NCBI RefSeq assembly: GCF_001194135.2 | Contig: NC_068987.1 | Span: forward strand, 10,905,191 to 10,969,190 | Direction: 5' to 3' | From: Octopus bimaculoides | Taxonomy: Eukaryota | DNA: 64,000 bases | Shown here: one piece after another, positions 51,451 through 64,000 of the stretch | How positions within the stretch are numbered: position 1 is the stretch's first letter | Layout of the letters: every line of letters begins with the position of its first letter | Notes under the pieces: model-generated | Seen by the model: only the letters and a program-made list of their open reading frames with translations | Told to the model about the DNA's origin: nothing | Databases searched by the model: none | Program-made: the position numbers and the translations under genes

Positions 51451-52354
51451 AATAAAACTTAGCAAACATCATTTGCAATATAAGTGAAAAGTGCTGTTGA
51501 TATTGGTACAGAGAATGAAAAGTTTCTTTAGCCTTCTTGCCGAAGTAAATACTATATATATATATTTTTTATATGTATTTATATATGTTTGTATCTTTTT
51601 AATTTTTTTTTTTTTTAATCTTTGAAACGAAGTTTTTCCACTAATTCTTACTTAAATTGGTATGTAAGAAGAGATCAGTAAGAAAAGTTAACCAGAAATT
51701 TTTTTTCTGCTTGGCTAAGATTACTTAATGAAAATCTTATATTAGTCAGAAAAGCAGTATAAACCGCTGTTAGCGCCGAAGAAAGAACACTTGCTAAAGA
51801 CGAATTTCAATTGATTCTCCAGTTAATCGTTCCTTCGTATGAATCTGCACTAGTTTTTAGCAGTGAACTAAATAAGAATAAGCTCCTTTGAGCTGATTGG
51901 AATTTCAGATTCTGACGAAATAAAACATTCCATGCATGATGCCACATGTTTCATCCAAACTGTACTTTCTATGACTCTTTCCAATCTTCAATTTGGTCCG
52001 TTTAATCTTTGATTTTGCATGTGTGTGCGTGTGCATAAGCTATGTATCTGTGTGTGCAAATATAGATATATATACATACATACATGCATCTATATATATA
52101 TGTATATGTGTTTGTATATCTATGTGTCTGTCTGTCTCTCTGTCTATTTATCTGTCTATCTATCTGTCTGTCTAGGTGTGGCTTTGTGGTAAGAAGTTTG
52201 GTTTTAAACCACATAGTTTTGGGTTCAGTCCTACTGAATGGAAGACTGACATTAATTGATGAAGATGATGATTGAAGGGCTATTTACAGTGTTTTGTGAC
52301 TGTATGAGGCCCTATTTTCTGAACAGTTTTACATATTAATATTCTAACATATAT

Positions 52355-52790
52355 TCTACTCTAAGCACAAAGCCCGAAATTTTGGGGGAGGGGGCCAGTT
52401 GATTAGATCGACTCCAGTACACAACTGGTGCTTAATTTATTTGACTTTGAAAGGATGAAAGGCAAAGTCGACCTCGGTGGAATTTGAACTCAGAACATAA
52501 AAAGACAGATAAAATACCACTAAGCATTTCAGCCGGTGTGCTAACATTTCTGCCATCTCGTTGCCTTAATATTCTAACATATATCAAAGGTGGTGAGCTG
52601 GCAGAATCGTTAACAAAACCAAACTAGATGTTAAGCAGTATTTCATTTGTATTAACATACTGAGTTCAAGTATGGCGAAGGTCGACTTTGCCTTTCTTCC
52701 TTTCAGGATCAATAAAATAAGTACCAGTTGGTCATTGAAGATGCCGGCCTTGTGCCAAAATTCGAAACCATTATTCTAGCATATATTACT
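52355..52790. mobile_element. Head-to-head SINE B2 pair (minus 52355-52565, plus about 52587-52790)
   Basis: The first copy has a 19-bp TSD ttaatattctaacatatat at 52336-52354 and 52566-52584. Confidence 0.88.
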
Positions 52791-52885
52791 TTCAATATTG
52801 AAGATTTTATCTTCTTAAAGAAACTAGTAAAACAAATTTTTTTTTGCAAGCTATTTAATCATGGCATCGTTCATCTTTTCCCACA

Positions 52886-53273
52886 TGTTGTTGTTGGCAC
52901 TCCATCGCTTACGATGTCGAGGGTTCCAGTTGATCCGATCAACGGAACAGCCTGCTCGTGGAATTAACGTGCAAGTGGCTGAGCACTCCACAGACACGTG
53001 TACCCCTAACATAGTTCACGGGGATATTCAGCGTGACACAATGTGACAAGGCTGACCCTTTGAATTACAGGCACAACAGAAACAGGAAGTAAGAGTGAGA
53101 GAAAATTGTGGTGGAAGAGTACAGCAGGGTTCGCCACCATCCCCTGCCGGAGCCTCGTGGAACTTTAGGTGTTTTCGCTCAATAAACACTCACAACGCCC
53201 GGTCTGGGAATCGAAACCGCGATCCTATGACCGCAAGTCTGCTGCCCTAACCACTGGGCCATTGCGCCTCCAC
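52886..53273 (-). mobile_element. SINE family E, full length
   Basis: 11-bp TSD cttttcccaca at 52875-52885 and 53274-53284. Confidence 0.93.
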
Positions 53274-53861
53274 CTTTTCCCACAACTACCCGGTTATTTG
53301 CATCAATTTTGCTATAGTTGTTATAGTGAGATGTAAGGGTTTTTACTATAAAATTTCATCTAAATGAAACTATATATTTCTGACAATCCTTTAAACTCCT
53401 CATGCAAACCCATTCTCTCATTTCTTTTCTCTCTTTTTTGTTTTATCGTTTGTTTTTGTTTTCACTTCAACTGCTAGCATAATAATAATAATAACAGACC
53501 ACGACTACGATCACTACCGTCTTGTATCCATGGCTACTGTTAACTACTTACATTGTACCTTTTCGCCTTTGTTTGCTGTAGCCCTTAAGTTTTATACTTA
53601 CTTGTATCTGTTGTCCTGACCTGAATATCATTTATCTACACAGTCCTTTCTTGATTTCAGGTTTTTAGTTTTTTTCTTCTTCACTTTTTCCGTTCACTTG
53701 ACTCAAGAAATTTCAAATAAGGATAAGCTATGAAAATCTTTATTGCAATTATTCAATCTTATTAAAATTCTAAACCCACAAAATTAAGGCTTCAACATCA
53801 TCATCATCATCATCACCACCACCACTGTCACCATCATCATCATCATCATTAATATTGCAGC

Positions 53862-54060
53862 AAGCTGGCGGAAATGTTAGCACACCAGGCGAATTGCCTT
53901 AACGGCATTTCGTCTGTTTTTATGTTCTGAGTTCAAATTCTGCCAAGGTCGACTTTGTTGATAAATTAAGTACCAGTAAAACACTGGAGTTGATGTAATT
54001 GACTATCCCCCTCCCACCAAATTTCAGGCTTTGTGTCTTTAGTAGAAAGGATTATTATTA

Positions 54061-54128
<68 letters not shown>

Positions 54129-54410
54129 GGCGGTGAGTTGGCAGAATCGTTAGCACACTGGAAGAAATGCTTAGTGGTATTTCACCCATTGCTACATTCT
54201 GATTTCAAATTCTGCTGAGGTCAGCTTTGTCTTACATCCTTTCAGGGTTGATAAATTAAGTACCAGTAAAACACTGGGGTCAATGTGATTGACTCATCAC
54301 CTGCCCTCCAAATTGCTGCCCTTGTGGCAGAATTTGAAACCATTACGCCGGGCGAAATGCTTAGCAGTATTTCGTCTGTCTTTACGTTCTGAGTTCAAAT
54401 TCCGCCCAGG
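53862..54410 (+). mobile_element. Cluster of two full and one partial SINE B copies around (ATT)n
   Basis: Repeated ttctgagttcaaatt and gataaattaagtaccag motifs. Confidence 0.85.
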
Positions 54411-54850
54411 TCTGCATGGGTCAGACGGAATTTGTTGAGGCAGATTTTCCATGACCTGATGCCCTTCCTGTCACCAATCCTCAACTCTTTCCAAGCAATG
54501 TAATATTTTTTCCATAGTGAGAGCTAGACATGTTTTCTCACAGAAGACTGGAGATGAACACCCCTGCTTGTATAAGGGTGATGCTCATTTACAACCACTG
54601 TGTGATGTCCAGACATAGATGCACACAAACATACACACACACATCATTGTATGTATATACACATACGTATATGTGTCACTGTGTGTATCTGCATGATAGG
54701 CTTCTTTCACTTTCCATCTGCCAAATCCACTCACGAGGCTTTGATTGGTCCAGAGCTATAATATAAGACATTTCCCCAAGTTAATGCACAATGGGACTGA
54801 ACCCTAGACCACATGTTTGGGAAGCAAACTTCTTAACTGCTGAACCATGT
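54411..54850 (-). mobile_element. SINE family A2
   Basis: gatgcccttcc tail motif plus A-type head gggactgaacc. Confidence 0.78.
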
Positions 54851-55029
54851 CTGCCTATGAATTTATGCAAATTCTAAATTGTAAAGGAAGAAAGAGTACC
54901 TCTCTTGTAGTGATCAATTGCTCTCATTGAATGCATCTCATTGCTGGCTGAATTGACCATTTACATTTCCAGTAAAACCCAGAAACCCAACCAAAAACTA
55001 TCATATATCAGATATTCCCTAGAATGACA

Positions 55030-55372
55030 CTTTCAAGTCCCTGTCAAATCACACCCTCAACTCCCCATTAAATCACACCCTCAAGTCCCAGTCGAATCAC
55101 ACCCTCATGTCTCCTTCAAATTACACCTTCAAGTCCCCACCATATTACATACCCTCAAGTCTTAATCAAATCACACCCTCAACTTCCCATTAAATCACAC
55201 GCTCAAATCCCTGTCCAATCACACCCTCAAGTCCTGTCAAATCACACCCTCAAGTCCTGTCAAATCATGCCTTCAAGTCCCCGTCAAATACACACCCTCA
55301 AGTCCCAGTCTAATACACACCGTCAAGTCCTTGTTAACTCACACTGCCAATTCTCCGTCAAATCCCACTCTA
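55030..55372. repeat. ~24-bp minisatellite, about 14 units
   Basis: Consensus aaatcacaccctcaagtccctgtc with 22-25-bp variants. Confidence 0.92.
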
Positions 55373-56534
55373 CCAACTTAAAAATAGGACTCTTTAAATA
55401 GTACAGTCAGAGGTATGTATGGCATGAACAAAGTTGGAATGGTCATGGCTAGAATGTCTTTAACCATAGGTCTGCTTGATCATGGTTGATCAGGGGAACA
55501 AACAACAACAGTAACAACACAAAAAGATGCACAACCCTTCAACACTTCCCTCTCCTACCACCCCTGCACACGATGATCGTGTATTCAATCTGAATTATTT
55601 ATTGTTCCTGTTTTATAATACATTGACTGTTAATTGTTGCCAGGTGCTGTTATTCACTTGGATAAATAAATTATACAATCATTAGCAATAGTCACATGAC
55701 ATAAGTCTGAAATTACTTCCAAACCACTGTTTACAATGACTCTGTATATATATATATATTGATTATAGGCATTACCATCATCATCGTCATCATCGTCATC
55801 ATTTTGCATTTAGAGGTTATTCGAATGAACAGTGATGTTTCTTTCTCCCTTGTAACAAAAGAGAGAGAGGAGACAGAGAGAGAGGAGACAGAGAGAGAAG
55901 GGGGGAGGACGGGAGGGTGGGAGATCTTAGCTGTGTTAAAGTCATCTCCGAGATTTTGTGTCTTTCTTTGTCTATTTGTCACCCTGGGTAACTGTCGGCC
56001 ACAGGTGTCTCCTCTATTAATTCTTTCTCTCTATGTTCCTACTACCCATTACCACTCTCTCTTAGATACCTTTAAACATGTTACTGTCCTCTTTGTCTAA
56101 TGGAGTTTATTCTAGCCGTTGTATTTTCTGTATTTGTGTGTGTGTATGTGTGGTTTTTTTTCTTCAGTAAATCACTCGTCTTTCTCATAAACAGGTCCAC
56201 TGCTGGGAGAATATATACTCATTCCTTCTGGATTGTCATTGTGTATACTCCTTTCTCAACCTCTCTGACACCATAATAAATTACAAATTATCTATAAGCC
56301 AACAAGAGAGCTTTCTATGCAGTTACCTGCCTGCTTGACCAGCTAAAATAGCAACCAAATCTCATTCAAATCACATCATACACTAATAATAAAAAAAGAA
56401 AGGAAAGTCACTTTAAATATTCTGTTGTGTCTGGGGAGGGTCATTATATCAATATTATTAACACACACACTGGTTCAATTCCACTCTTTTATTATTAGTC
56501 AATTGGTTAATTATTCAACTAAGTAACTGATTAC

Positions 56535-56742
56535 TCTCTCTTTTACTTCTTTCAGTCATTTGGCTGCGGCCATGCTGGAGCACCGCCTTTAGTCGAGCAA
56601 ATCGACCCCAGGACTTATTCTTTGTAAGCCTAGTACTTATTCTATCGGTCACTTTCGCCGAACTGCTAAGTTACGGGGACGTAAACACACCAGCATCGGT
56701 TGTCAAGCGATGTTGGGGGCACAAACATATACACACACACGC

Positions 56743-56773
<31 letters not shown>

Positions 56774-56936
56774 CGACGGGCTTCTTTCAGTTTCCATCTA
56801 CCAAATCCACTCACAAAGCTTTGGTCGGCCCAAGGCTATAGTAGAAGACACTTGCCCAAGGTGCCACGCAGTGGGACTGAACCCGGAACCATGCAGTTGG
56901 GAAGCAAGCTTCTTACCCACACAGCCACTCCTGCAC
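56535..56936 (-). mobile_element. SINE family A, full length
   Basis: Complete and close to the family consensus. Confidence 0.93.
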
Positions 56937-58714
56937 CTATATTTTCAACAATTTTAAAAACATTCACAAATTAACATGATTATGTATTAGTTTGGACAGC
57001 ATGGATTAAATATAAGTTGATAATTTCAGTGCCAAGATTTTACAGTATTTTTCATGTTCTAATGATATTCAGATGACATATTATTCCCATGTCTATTTTT
57101 ATTTATTTTAATGTTCTTTCTTTTAGTTCCATAGCTTGGCTCTTAAATCTGAGCCTTTATGTAGCAGTAGCCACTAATAACACATTTCCTTAAACAACCT
57201 GGTCTAATATTGGTTCTTAATACTAAAGTACATTTTCTCTCACCGAAATGCTTTTTAGCAATTTCAACACTTTTCTTTTCCCTTTTGTTTACGATCAAAT
57301 TCTGATATCCTCGAATAGAAGCACACTTCATTTCGTTGTTGTTTGATATCTTTTTTAAGCTCTTATCTCTGTCTTTCCCCCCGCTGTTCTCGTTCCTCCT
57401 GGATATTATGTTGTCAAATAAGATTTGCACTATTCTGGATCTGTAAGAGCTCCATCGTCGATCTTTATGTCTTACTAACTAATAATTTCATACTGTATCG
57501 CAAGCGAGTTGCTCTCATAAATGAATATTTCTAACTTCTTTTTTTTTTTTTTTTTAGATGGCTATTTTAAGTACTCAGCTATTTCTACACCTATCTATCA
57601 TAATTTAAATGTTTAGAATAACTAGTTTGATTTCCCTTTCTTTTCTTGTATTTTTTAAAAGGAATCTTTCACATTTTTGGGTATTTTTTCCCTTAAATAA
57701 TCTACAGCCAGTTGTCAAAATTTTGAGTATTTCATTTCATATGTATGTCTTCTTCTAAACGTATTCTAATTCCTATTATCAGTTAACTTAACTTAGTGTC
57801 CACCACACTTTATAAACCATTAACAACACGGATCTTATCACTTGGTCTTCATATTCTATGTCTTGAACATGTATTTAAGAACATTATCTTTCATAGGTTG
57901 GTTTGACTGCTTTATAGAAGTCTCAAGAATAGGTGGATATTAAAGCACTTCTTTTTCTTTTCCCTCCAACACCTCCTTTGTCGTGATGGGTTTAATAGTT
58001 GTGCAAATTTTTATATTTTTCATTTCATGCAACTGAAGCAAATGGAGTAATACACTAAAAGCTTTGGTGATGAGAGAAGAACTTAAACTCATGGCATTTC
58101 AGACACTCTTTGTCTTTTACTGTTTCTCTTTTACTTCTTTCTGTCATTGGACTGTGGCCATACTGGAGCATCACCTTAACAGTTTTAGTCGAACACATCA
58201 ACTCCAATGCTTTTTTTTTAAAGTTATCCTGTTGGTCTCTTTTGCTGAACCACAAGGTTACCTAGACATAAACAAACTAACAGCAGTTGTCAAGCAGAGC
58301 AAGGGAGGGTAAACACATAGGCACAAAGACACACACACACACACAAACAACAGGCTTCCACACAGTTTCCATCATAAGGCATTGGTCAGCTCCACTGTCT
58401 GCTTCAATATGGCCTCTATATTTGGATGCCCTTTCTAATGCCAATCACTTCATAACCTTTACTGGATGTTTTTTCTTTTGTGCCACCTAGCACTAACGAG
58501 TATTGAAATTGCTAAACACCTCGCAAGACTATGAACACTTAGCAGGGTTGGATCAGCTTTATGCCAGGGGTGAGGGTATAAAATATGATAGAAGCAGTAG
58601 GGGCAGAGCAAATTCTTGTTGGATCTCAAATTCTGATCATTGGAGACTGTTGACTACCATATTAATCATTCTATCATTGTCTATGTGCACACAATGCACA
58701 TATTACGCACTTAC

Positions 58715-59145
58715 TTAACTCTTTAGCATTCAAACTGGCCATATCTGGCCCCAAATATGTAACCTGTTTTATGTTGAAATTTGGCCAGATCTGGCCTCTC
58801 ACCCCAACCCTGCATTGTCAGTCTAAAACTAAACAATCACACCGTTGAAATCTTTAAACTACAAGATGATGCACGATTAATTAAATGTGAATTGATAAGC
58901 ATTACATTCGACAGAATTGTAGTAGGCATCCACTGATCTCGAGAGACCATGGATCTATGCCTGAGGAAATTGCGTCAGCTGCCGATGGTGGTGCAATGTC
59001 TGCTATGGCTGTAGAGGCCCACATGGGAGTGGCAGTACACATACAGCAACTGCGTTTGAAGGAACTCTCTACCGGCGCTATTGGTTTCCTTTCGTTGAGT
59101 ACATTTTTCTGTGGTGAGAAAATAATCTGAATACTAAAGGGGTAA
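58715..59145 (+). mobile_element. TTAA-type MITE interrupted by a minus-strand RTE-BovB-like 3' end (about 58918-59115)
   Basis: The insert encodes CHSHVGLYSHSRHC (BovB-type terminal finger) and ends ...gagatcagtggatgcctactac. Confidence 0.75.
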
Positions 59146-59455
59146 GCCTTTCACTCTCTCCAGAATACAGAGCATTGATGACTTTCCCCCTACTGTTCTG
59201 GAATCTGGTCTGTTTTCCCTGATGGTAGACCTTCCTCTCCCAGGTTTTGTTGGTTCTGAATTGTCATCAATCCTGCTGTAACTTTGCTTTCTTCTAGGTA
59301 GGAGTATTGACCCTACACAAACCGATTCTTACCTCTGGGAAGAGGCAGTCCATATTTGTCTGGTTTGTATCCTTTTCATCTATCCAGCATGGGGATGCCT
59401 TTCATGAGCTTGTGCTCCACTAGCACAACTCAGAGGGTCACTGAGACACACGTCA
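59146..59455 (-). mobile_element. Decayed RTE-type 5' UTR fragment
   Basis: tatccagcatggggatgcc...gagggtcactgagacacacg resembles RTE 5' UTR motifs as I recall them; not verified by search. Confidence 0.45.
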
Positions 59456-59845
59456 TTTCACTGCAGGACAAACTGGATCTTGTGCTGAACATACTGCAAC
59501 ATATTAAGTCATAAATCCATATCAAAAGCAGTGATTTAACAAGTCTGTAGCTGTATAAACCTGAAAAGGGGGGGAAGAAAATCAACATTGAACATTTGTA
59601 TTTAATGAAGCAATGCTGAATGTAAAAAACCGGGTTTGTGAGGTAAAATATAAGCTGCCCTGTTAAGTTACGCTGTTGTTTTGAGTGTGTCAAACCTGTG
59701 TGAAGGTGACGGCATGTTTGAGTGGAATGTCATAAGTTTGGTACAACTGCTTGATTGATTCTTTTTCGTGATACTGTTGGGTTTAATTACGCAATTGAAG
59801 TGTGCTGGTATTACTTATATTGTGCAATCGAGACATGAGACCACT

Positions 59846-59858
59846 GTTGCCTAGCAAC
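59846..59858. promoter_or_regulatory. RFX X-box motif
   Basis: GTTGCCTAGCAAC fits GTNRCC(N0-3)RGYAAC; it lies in unique, CpG-bearing sequence. Confidence 0.55.
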
Positions 59859-60017
59859 AGCTGTGGCAATATATTGTGTGCGCAGACACGCGCGCGTGTG
59901 TACATTTGTGTTGTGTGTGTGTGTATGTATGTGTGTGTGTTGTGTGTACGTGTATATATGTGTGTGCGTGTGTGTCTGTGTGTGCGTGTATGTATGTATG
60001 AGTGTATGTATGTGTGA

Positions 60018-60088
<71 letters not shown>

Positions 60089-60130
60089 AGAAGGGATATA
60101 GATATGGGTATTTGTGTGTATATATATATA

Positions 60131-60165
<35 letters not shown>

Positions 60166-60354
60166 GTTATATATTTACATACATATATATAGGGTTATAT
60201 ATATTTATGTACACATATATATACATACATACATATTTATTTATTTATGGGTTTCAGCCAAGTGGCTGTGGTCATGCTGGAGCACCACCGTATATCTGTA
60301 CACACATATATATACATATATGCATGCATACATACATGCATGCATACATACATG

Positions 60355-60393
<39 letters not shown>

Positions 60394-60519
60394 ACATACT
60401 TTTACCTTCTATTTCTTTCAGAGGCATAGAATAAGTACCCAAACTTTAAAAAAAAGGAAGCACTGGTGTTGAGGCTGTGCTCCAGCATGGCCAGAGTTTA
60501 ATGGACTGAAAACAAGTAA

Positions 60520-60578
60520 TACAAAACAAAACAAAACAAAACAAAACAAAACAAAACAAAACAAAACAAAACAAAACA
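60520..60578. repeat. (AAAAC)n microsatellite
   Basis: About 11 perfect units. Confidence 0.95.
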
Positions 60579-60829
60579 TAAAGACCCCACCACAATGAAT
60601 GATGAACTCTCCTGTTGATTTCGATGTATGGGTGTCAACAGGATAACCTAACTTGTTGAAAGAGCATGTGAAATATAAGTGCATTTCTGGGTTAACCCAG
60701 GACTGTAGTAAAAGGCAACCCCACTCCATGGCCTAAAGTGCCATGCAGTGGGATTGAACCTGGAAGTTTTCCAATATTGCAAAGAGAATTTCTTAACCAC
60801 TTTGTTATGCCAGTGTATATATCATTACC

Positions 60830-61230
60830 TCGGCTTGCAAAGATCTGTTGGGGCAAGCAAAAGCAAAATTGTGATGGCACCTGTGCCCAGCATTGCCTTC
60901 CTGGCACTTGTGCCTGTGACACGTGTAAAGGAATTCGAGCGAGATCGTTGCCAGTGCCGCTGGACTGGTTCCTGTGCAAGTGGAATGTAAGATATACCAT
61001 TTTGAGCATGGCCGTTGACAGTACCGCCTGACTGGCCTTCGTGCCGGTGGCACGTAAAAGCACCCACTACACTCTCGGAGTGATTGGCATTAGGAAGGGC
61101 ATCCAGCTGTAGAAACTCTGCCAAATCAGATTGGAGCCTGGTGTAGCCACCTGGTTCACCAGTCCTCAGTCAAATCATCAAACCCATGCTAGCATGGAAA
61201 GCGGACGTTAAACGATGATGATGATGATGA
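60830..61230 (+). mobile_element. RTE 3' UTR, longest (GAT)n-tailed copy
   Basis: Starts at cttgcaaagatctgttggggcaag, matching about 2020 of the ORF-linked copy. Confidence 0.9.
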
Positions 61231-61387
61231 ATCATTTCCTTAGTGTTCTTTGCTTCGGATAAATTCACAAAACAACTCTACACAATCTTCCATTTTATCC
61301 AAGACACTCCATTATCCAAGAGTGGATCTAACAATTGTTCCTTGAAATGTAATAAAATATATTTCTGCTATAATAATATTAATATCA

Positions 61388-61442
<55 letters not shown>

Positions 61443-62065
61443 TAATAATAATGAAAGAAAATCATTAAATATTTAACGCTTAAATAGTATTAAAAAAATA
61501 ACAGAAGTGATCAATCAGAGAGATAAATAGTTTTGTTCCGTGTAGAAAAAAATTATATATAAATAATTTCGTTGTATGTAGAAAAATATATACGAGATGA
61601 CAAATTTTCATTCCCTAAAGGAAAAAGAAAAAAGAAAAAAAAAAACGTAGCAAAATAATTGTTGAATATAAATGTTGTGAATATTAAGTGGGATTGTAAT
61701 TAATTACATTTTTAAAGAATATATATATATGTGTTTTAAGGAATATATATATTTCCAGGAATCACAAAAGCTTTGCAAGGATCTATAAGGCAGGGGACAT
61801 GGGGGTAGGGATTCTTAGAGAAGTTTCCCCTTCGGATTACATATTCGTGTAAAGATTAAAAGGAAAACAAAAGAAAGAAAAAAAATTTAATTGGGATTGG
61901 TGGGTCTTTCTCATAATTACTAACACCTTCTTCGTTTTAATCTGCTTTTTCTTAATTTGCATGAATTAAATCTTTGGGGTTTCGCCTGAGTTCTGCTATA
62001 TTTCAACATCTGGACAGATATAATTATAAAGGTTGTGGCAAAGAAATTATTCTTGTCACTGCTAC

Positions 62066-62066
62066 T

Positions 62067-62097
<31 letters not shown>

Positions 62098-62300
62098 TGG
62101 TGTTTCTTACATGCCACCTGCACAGGAGCCAGTCCAGCGGCACTGGCAACGACCTCGCTCGAATGTTTTTTCACATGCCACCGGCACAAGTGCCAGTAAG
62201 GCAACGCTGGTAACGATAACGCTCAAATGGTGCTATTTACGTGCCACCGGCACAGAAGCCAGACAGCTGCTCTGGCAATGATCACTCTCGGACGGTGCTA
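62066..62300 (-). mobile_element. RTE 3' UTR subrepeat region directly abutting (CAT)n, terminus deleted
   Basis: Reverse complement of the 2100-2300 subrepeats. Confidence 0.8.
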
Positions 62301-62994
62301 TTATATATATATATATATTGTATGTATGTATATTACTAACCACTTTACAGAGTGTACTGGGTGCTTTTTATGTGGAACCACCACCGATGGTTTTAATATG
62401 GCACCAGCACCATATAATTTTATATACGAAGTCAAAGAAGCATCATGTTCTTCATCAGATTTCTTTTGCCTCAGGTGACTTGTATAAAACGTGATTTGTT
62501 TTTTTACCTTCTGTTGATATGGAGCAATTGACTAACGATGGCCCTTACAGGCTCTCCAGTCACAATTATGAATACAAATTAAATTGTATTAGAATGTTAA
62601 AAGAAAAATCTATAGCTGGTGTTGTGATATTCTTTTAACTATTTCTTTTTTATTTATTTAGGTTTAATTACCTGGTACTCATCAAATTAATCTCACTAAA
62701 GTCACTGAAGCTAGATTATATTGTCCATTGTAATGTAGTGATGTGAAAATTAACTAAAAATTGTTTATCACCACAAGTTAGTCATGTGTTAACACTGGTT
62801 TTATTCTTTTAAATCAACTAAATTCCTTTCAGAATTAAAAACAGGATATATGATATTGTTTATTCAACATTATGTTCTGCCTGCGGGCTATTCTTTCCTA
62901 TCTTTGTTGTGAGTATACTGTCATCTTAATTCTGGATATTATACACAAAATCCATTGTGATCATCGTTTTAAAGAAGTTAACCTTGTGCAACTA

Positions 62995-63255
62995 TCATCA
63001 TCTAATGTCCGTTTCTTTTTCCATGCTTGCTTGAGTCAAATGAAATCTGTTGAAGCAAATGCTCCGTGGTTGGATGCTCATCCTGTTGACAACCCTCGCT
63101 TGTTTTCAAGCAAGTTAATGTTTTCTCATAAGCTAGACGTGTTTTTCTTTTTGTTTTGGAAGATTGGAACAAACAACTTCTCTTGTATGATGATGATGAT
63201 GATGATGATGCTCATTTACGACCATCGTGTGATATCTAGACAAGAGTACACACAT

Positions 63256-63290
<35 letters not shown>

Positions 63291-63352
63291 ATGGGCTTCT
63301 CTCAATTTTTACCAAATCCACTCACAAAAGCTTTGGTCAGCCCAAGGGGTTG
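62995..63352 (-). mobile_element. SINE family A2, diverged
   Basis: ttccatgcttg...ggatgctcatcc tail and caaatccactcacaa head segment. Confidence 0.7.
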
Positions 63353-63639
63353 TAAAATATAATTATTTAAAACAAATTTCCCATTTATATGCACAATGGG
63401 CTTCAATTTATACATGTATGAGTGTGTGTGTGTGTGTGTGTTTGCGTTTATCCCCACCCCATCATCATTTGACAATTGGTGTTGGTTGATTTATGTCCCT
63501 GTAACTTAACAAAAAAATAAGTACTTGTGTTAATTTGTTCAACTAAACTCTTCAAGACAGCTTCCCAGCATGGATGCAGTCCCATGAATAACCAAAAGCT
63601 AAAAAGATAAAAATTCATGTTTCTATGAGGACATTATTT

Positions 63640-63780
63640 ATTTTTTTCTACTCTAAGCACAAGGCCCCAAATTTTTTTTTGTCGGGGGTGCAGTCGATTA
63701 GATTGACTCCAGTACACAACTGGTACTTAATTTATCAACCCTGAAAGGATGAAAGGCAAAGTCGACCTCAGTGGAATTTA
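63640..63780 (-). mobile_element. SINE B2, 5'-truncated
   Basis: ctactctaagcacaaggccc...gaaaggatgaaaggcaaagtcgacctc. Confidence 0.85.
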
Positions 63781-64000
63781 AAGACATAATTTATTGAAAA
63801 AACAAGAATTAAAAAAAAAATTCCCCCCAAAAAACATCTATTGTCGTGTTATTTTTCTTTGCTTTCTGACATTGTACTAGCTCTGTCTCTCTCTTTCAGC
63901 ATCTAACATAGCTACTTCCTAAATACTAATACCTAAACAGTGGATTTCAATTTTTAAAGTTGAACCAAATTTAGATTTAACTTAACACCATTATACTAAA

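Noticed and set aside
57143-57900. Lys-rich minus ORF and downstream coding-like sequence
   Set aside because: Possibly an old transposon remnant; no RT, endonuclease or DDE motif is recognisable.

Overview
AT-rich (roughly one third GC), repeat-saturated animal DNA with about ten N gaps, nearly all bordered by (TA)n/(CA)n microsatellites. The repeat repertoire looks like an octopus (coleoid cephalopod) genome; this is inference from the repeat types. No long protein-coding ORF is supported: the ORF track is almost entirely microsatellite read-through, N gaps or decayed retroelement. The window is dominated by at least four tRNA-derived SINE families (called A, A2, B and E here, plus a CORE-like fragment F), 3' and 5' fragments of several RTE-clade LINEs, MITE-size DNA transposons (hAT with 8-bp TSD, Tc1/mariner with TA, piggyBac-like with TTAA), two Helentron-type (HINE) elements and one Penelope-like terminus. 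The strongest observations are: (1) SINE B1 sits at the identical nucleotide of SINE A three times, twice with the same 15-bp TSD; (2) a Penelope-like end carries a decayed hammerhead motif and a perfect 47-bp foldback; (3) several nested or foldback elements and SINE-derived tandem repeats. Host-gene evidence is limited to weak splice-signal and promoter candidates (24.4-26.3 kb, 31.45 kb, 46.5 kb, 50.4-52.1 kb, and an RFX X-box at 59.85 kb).
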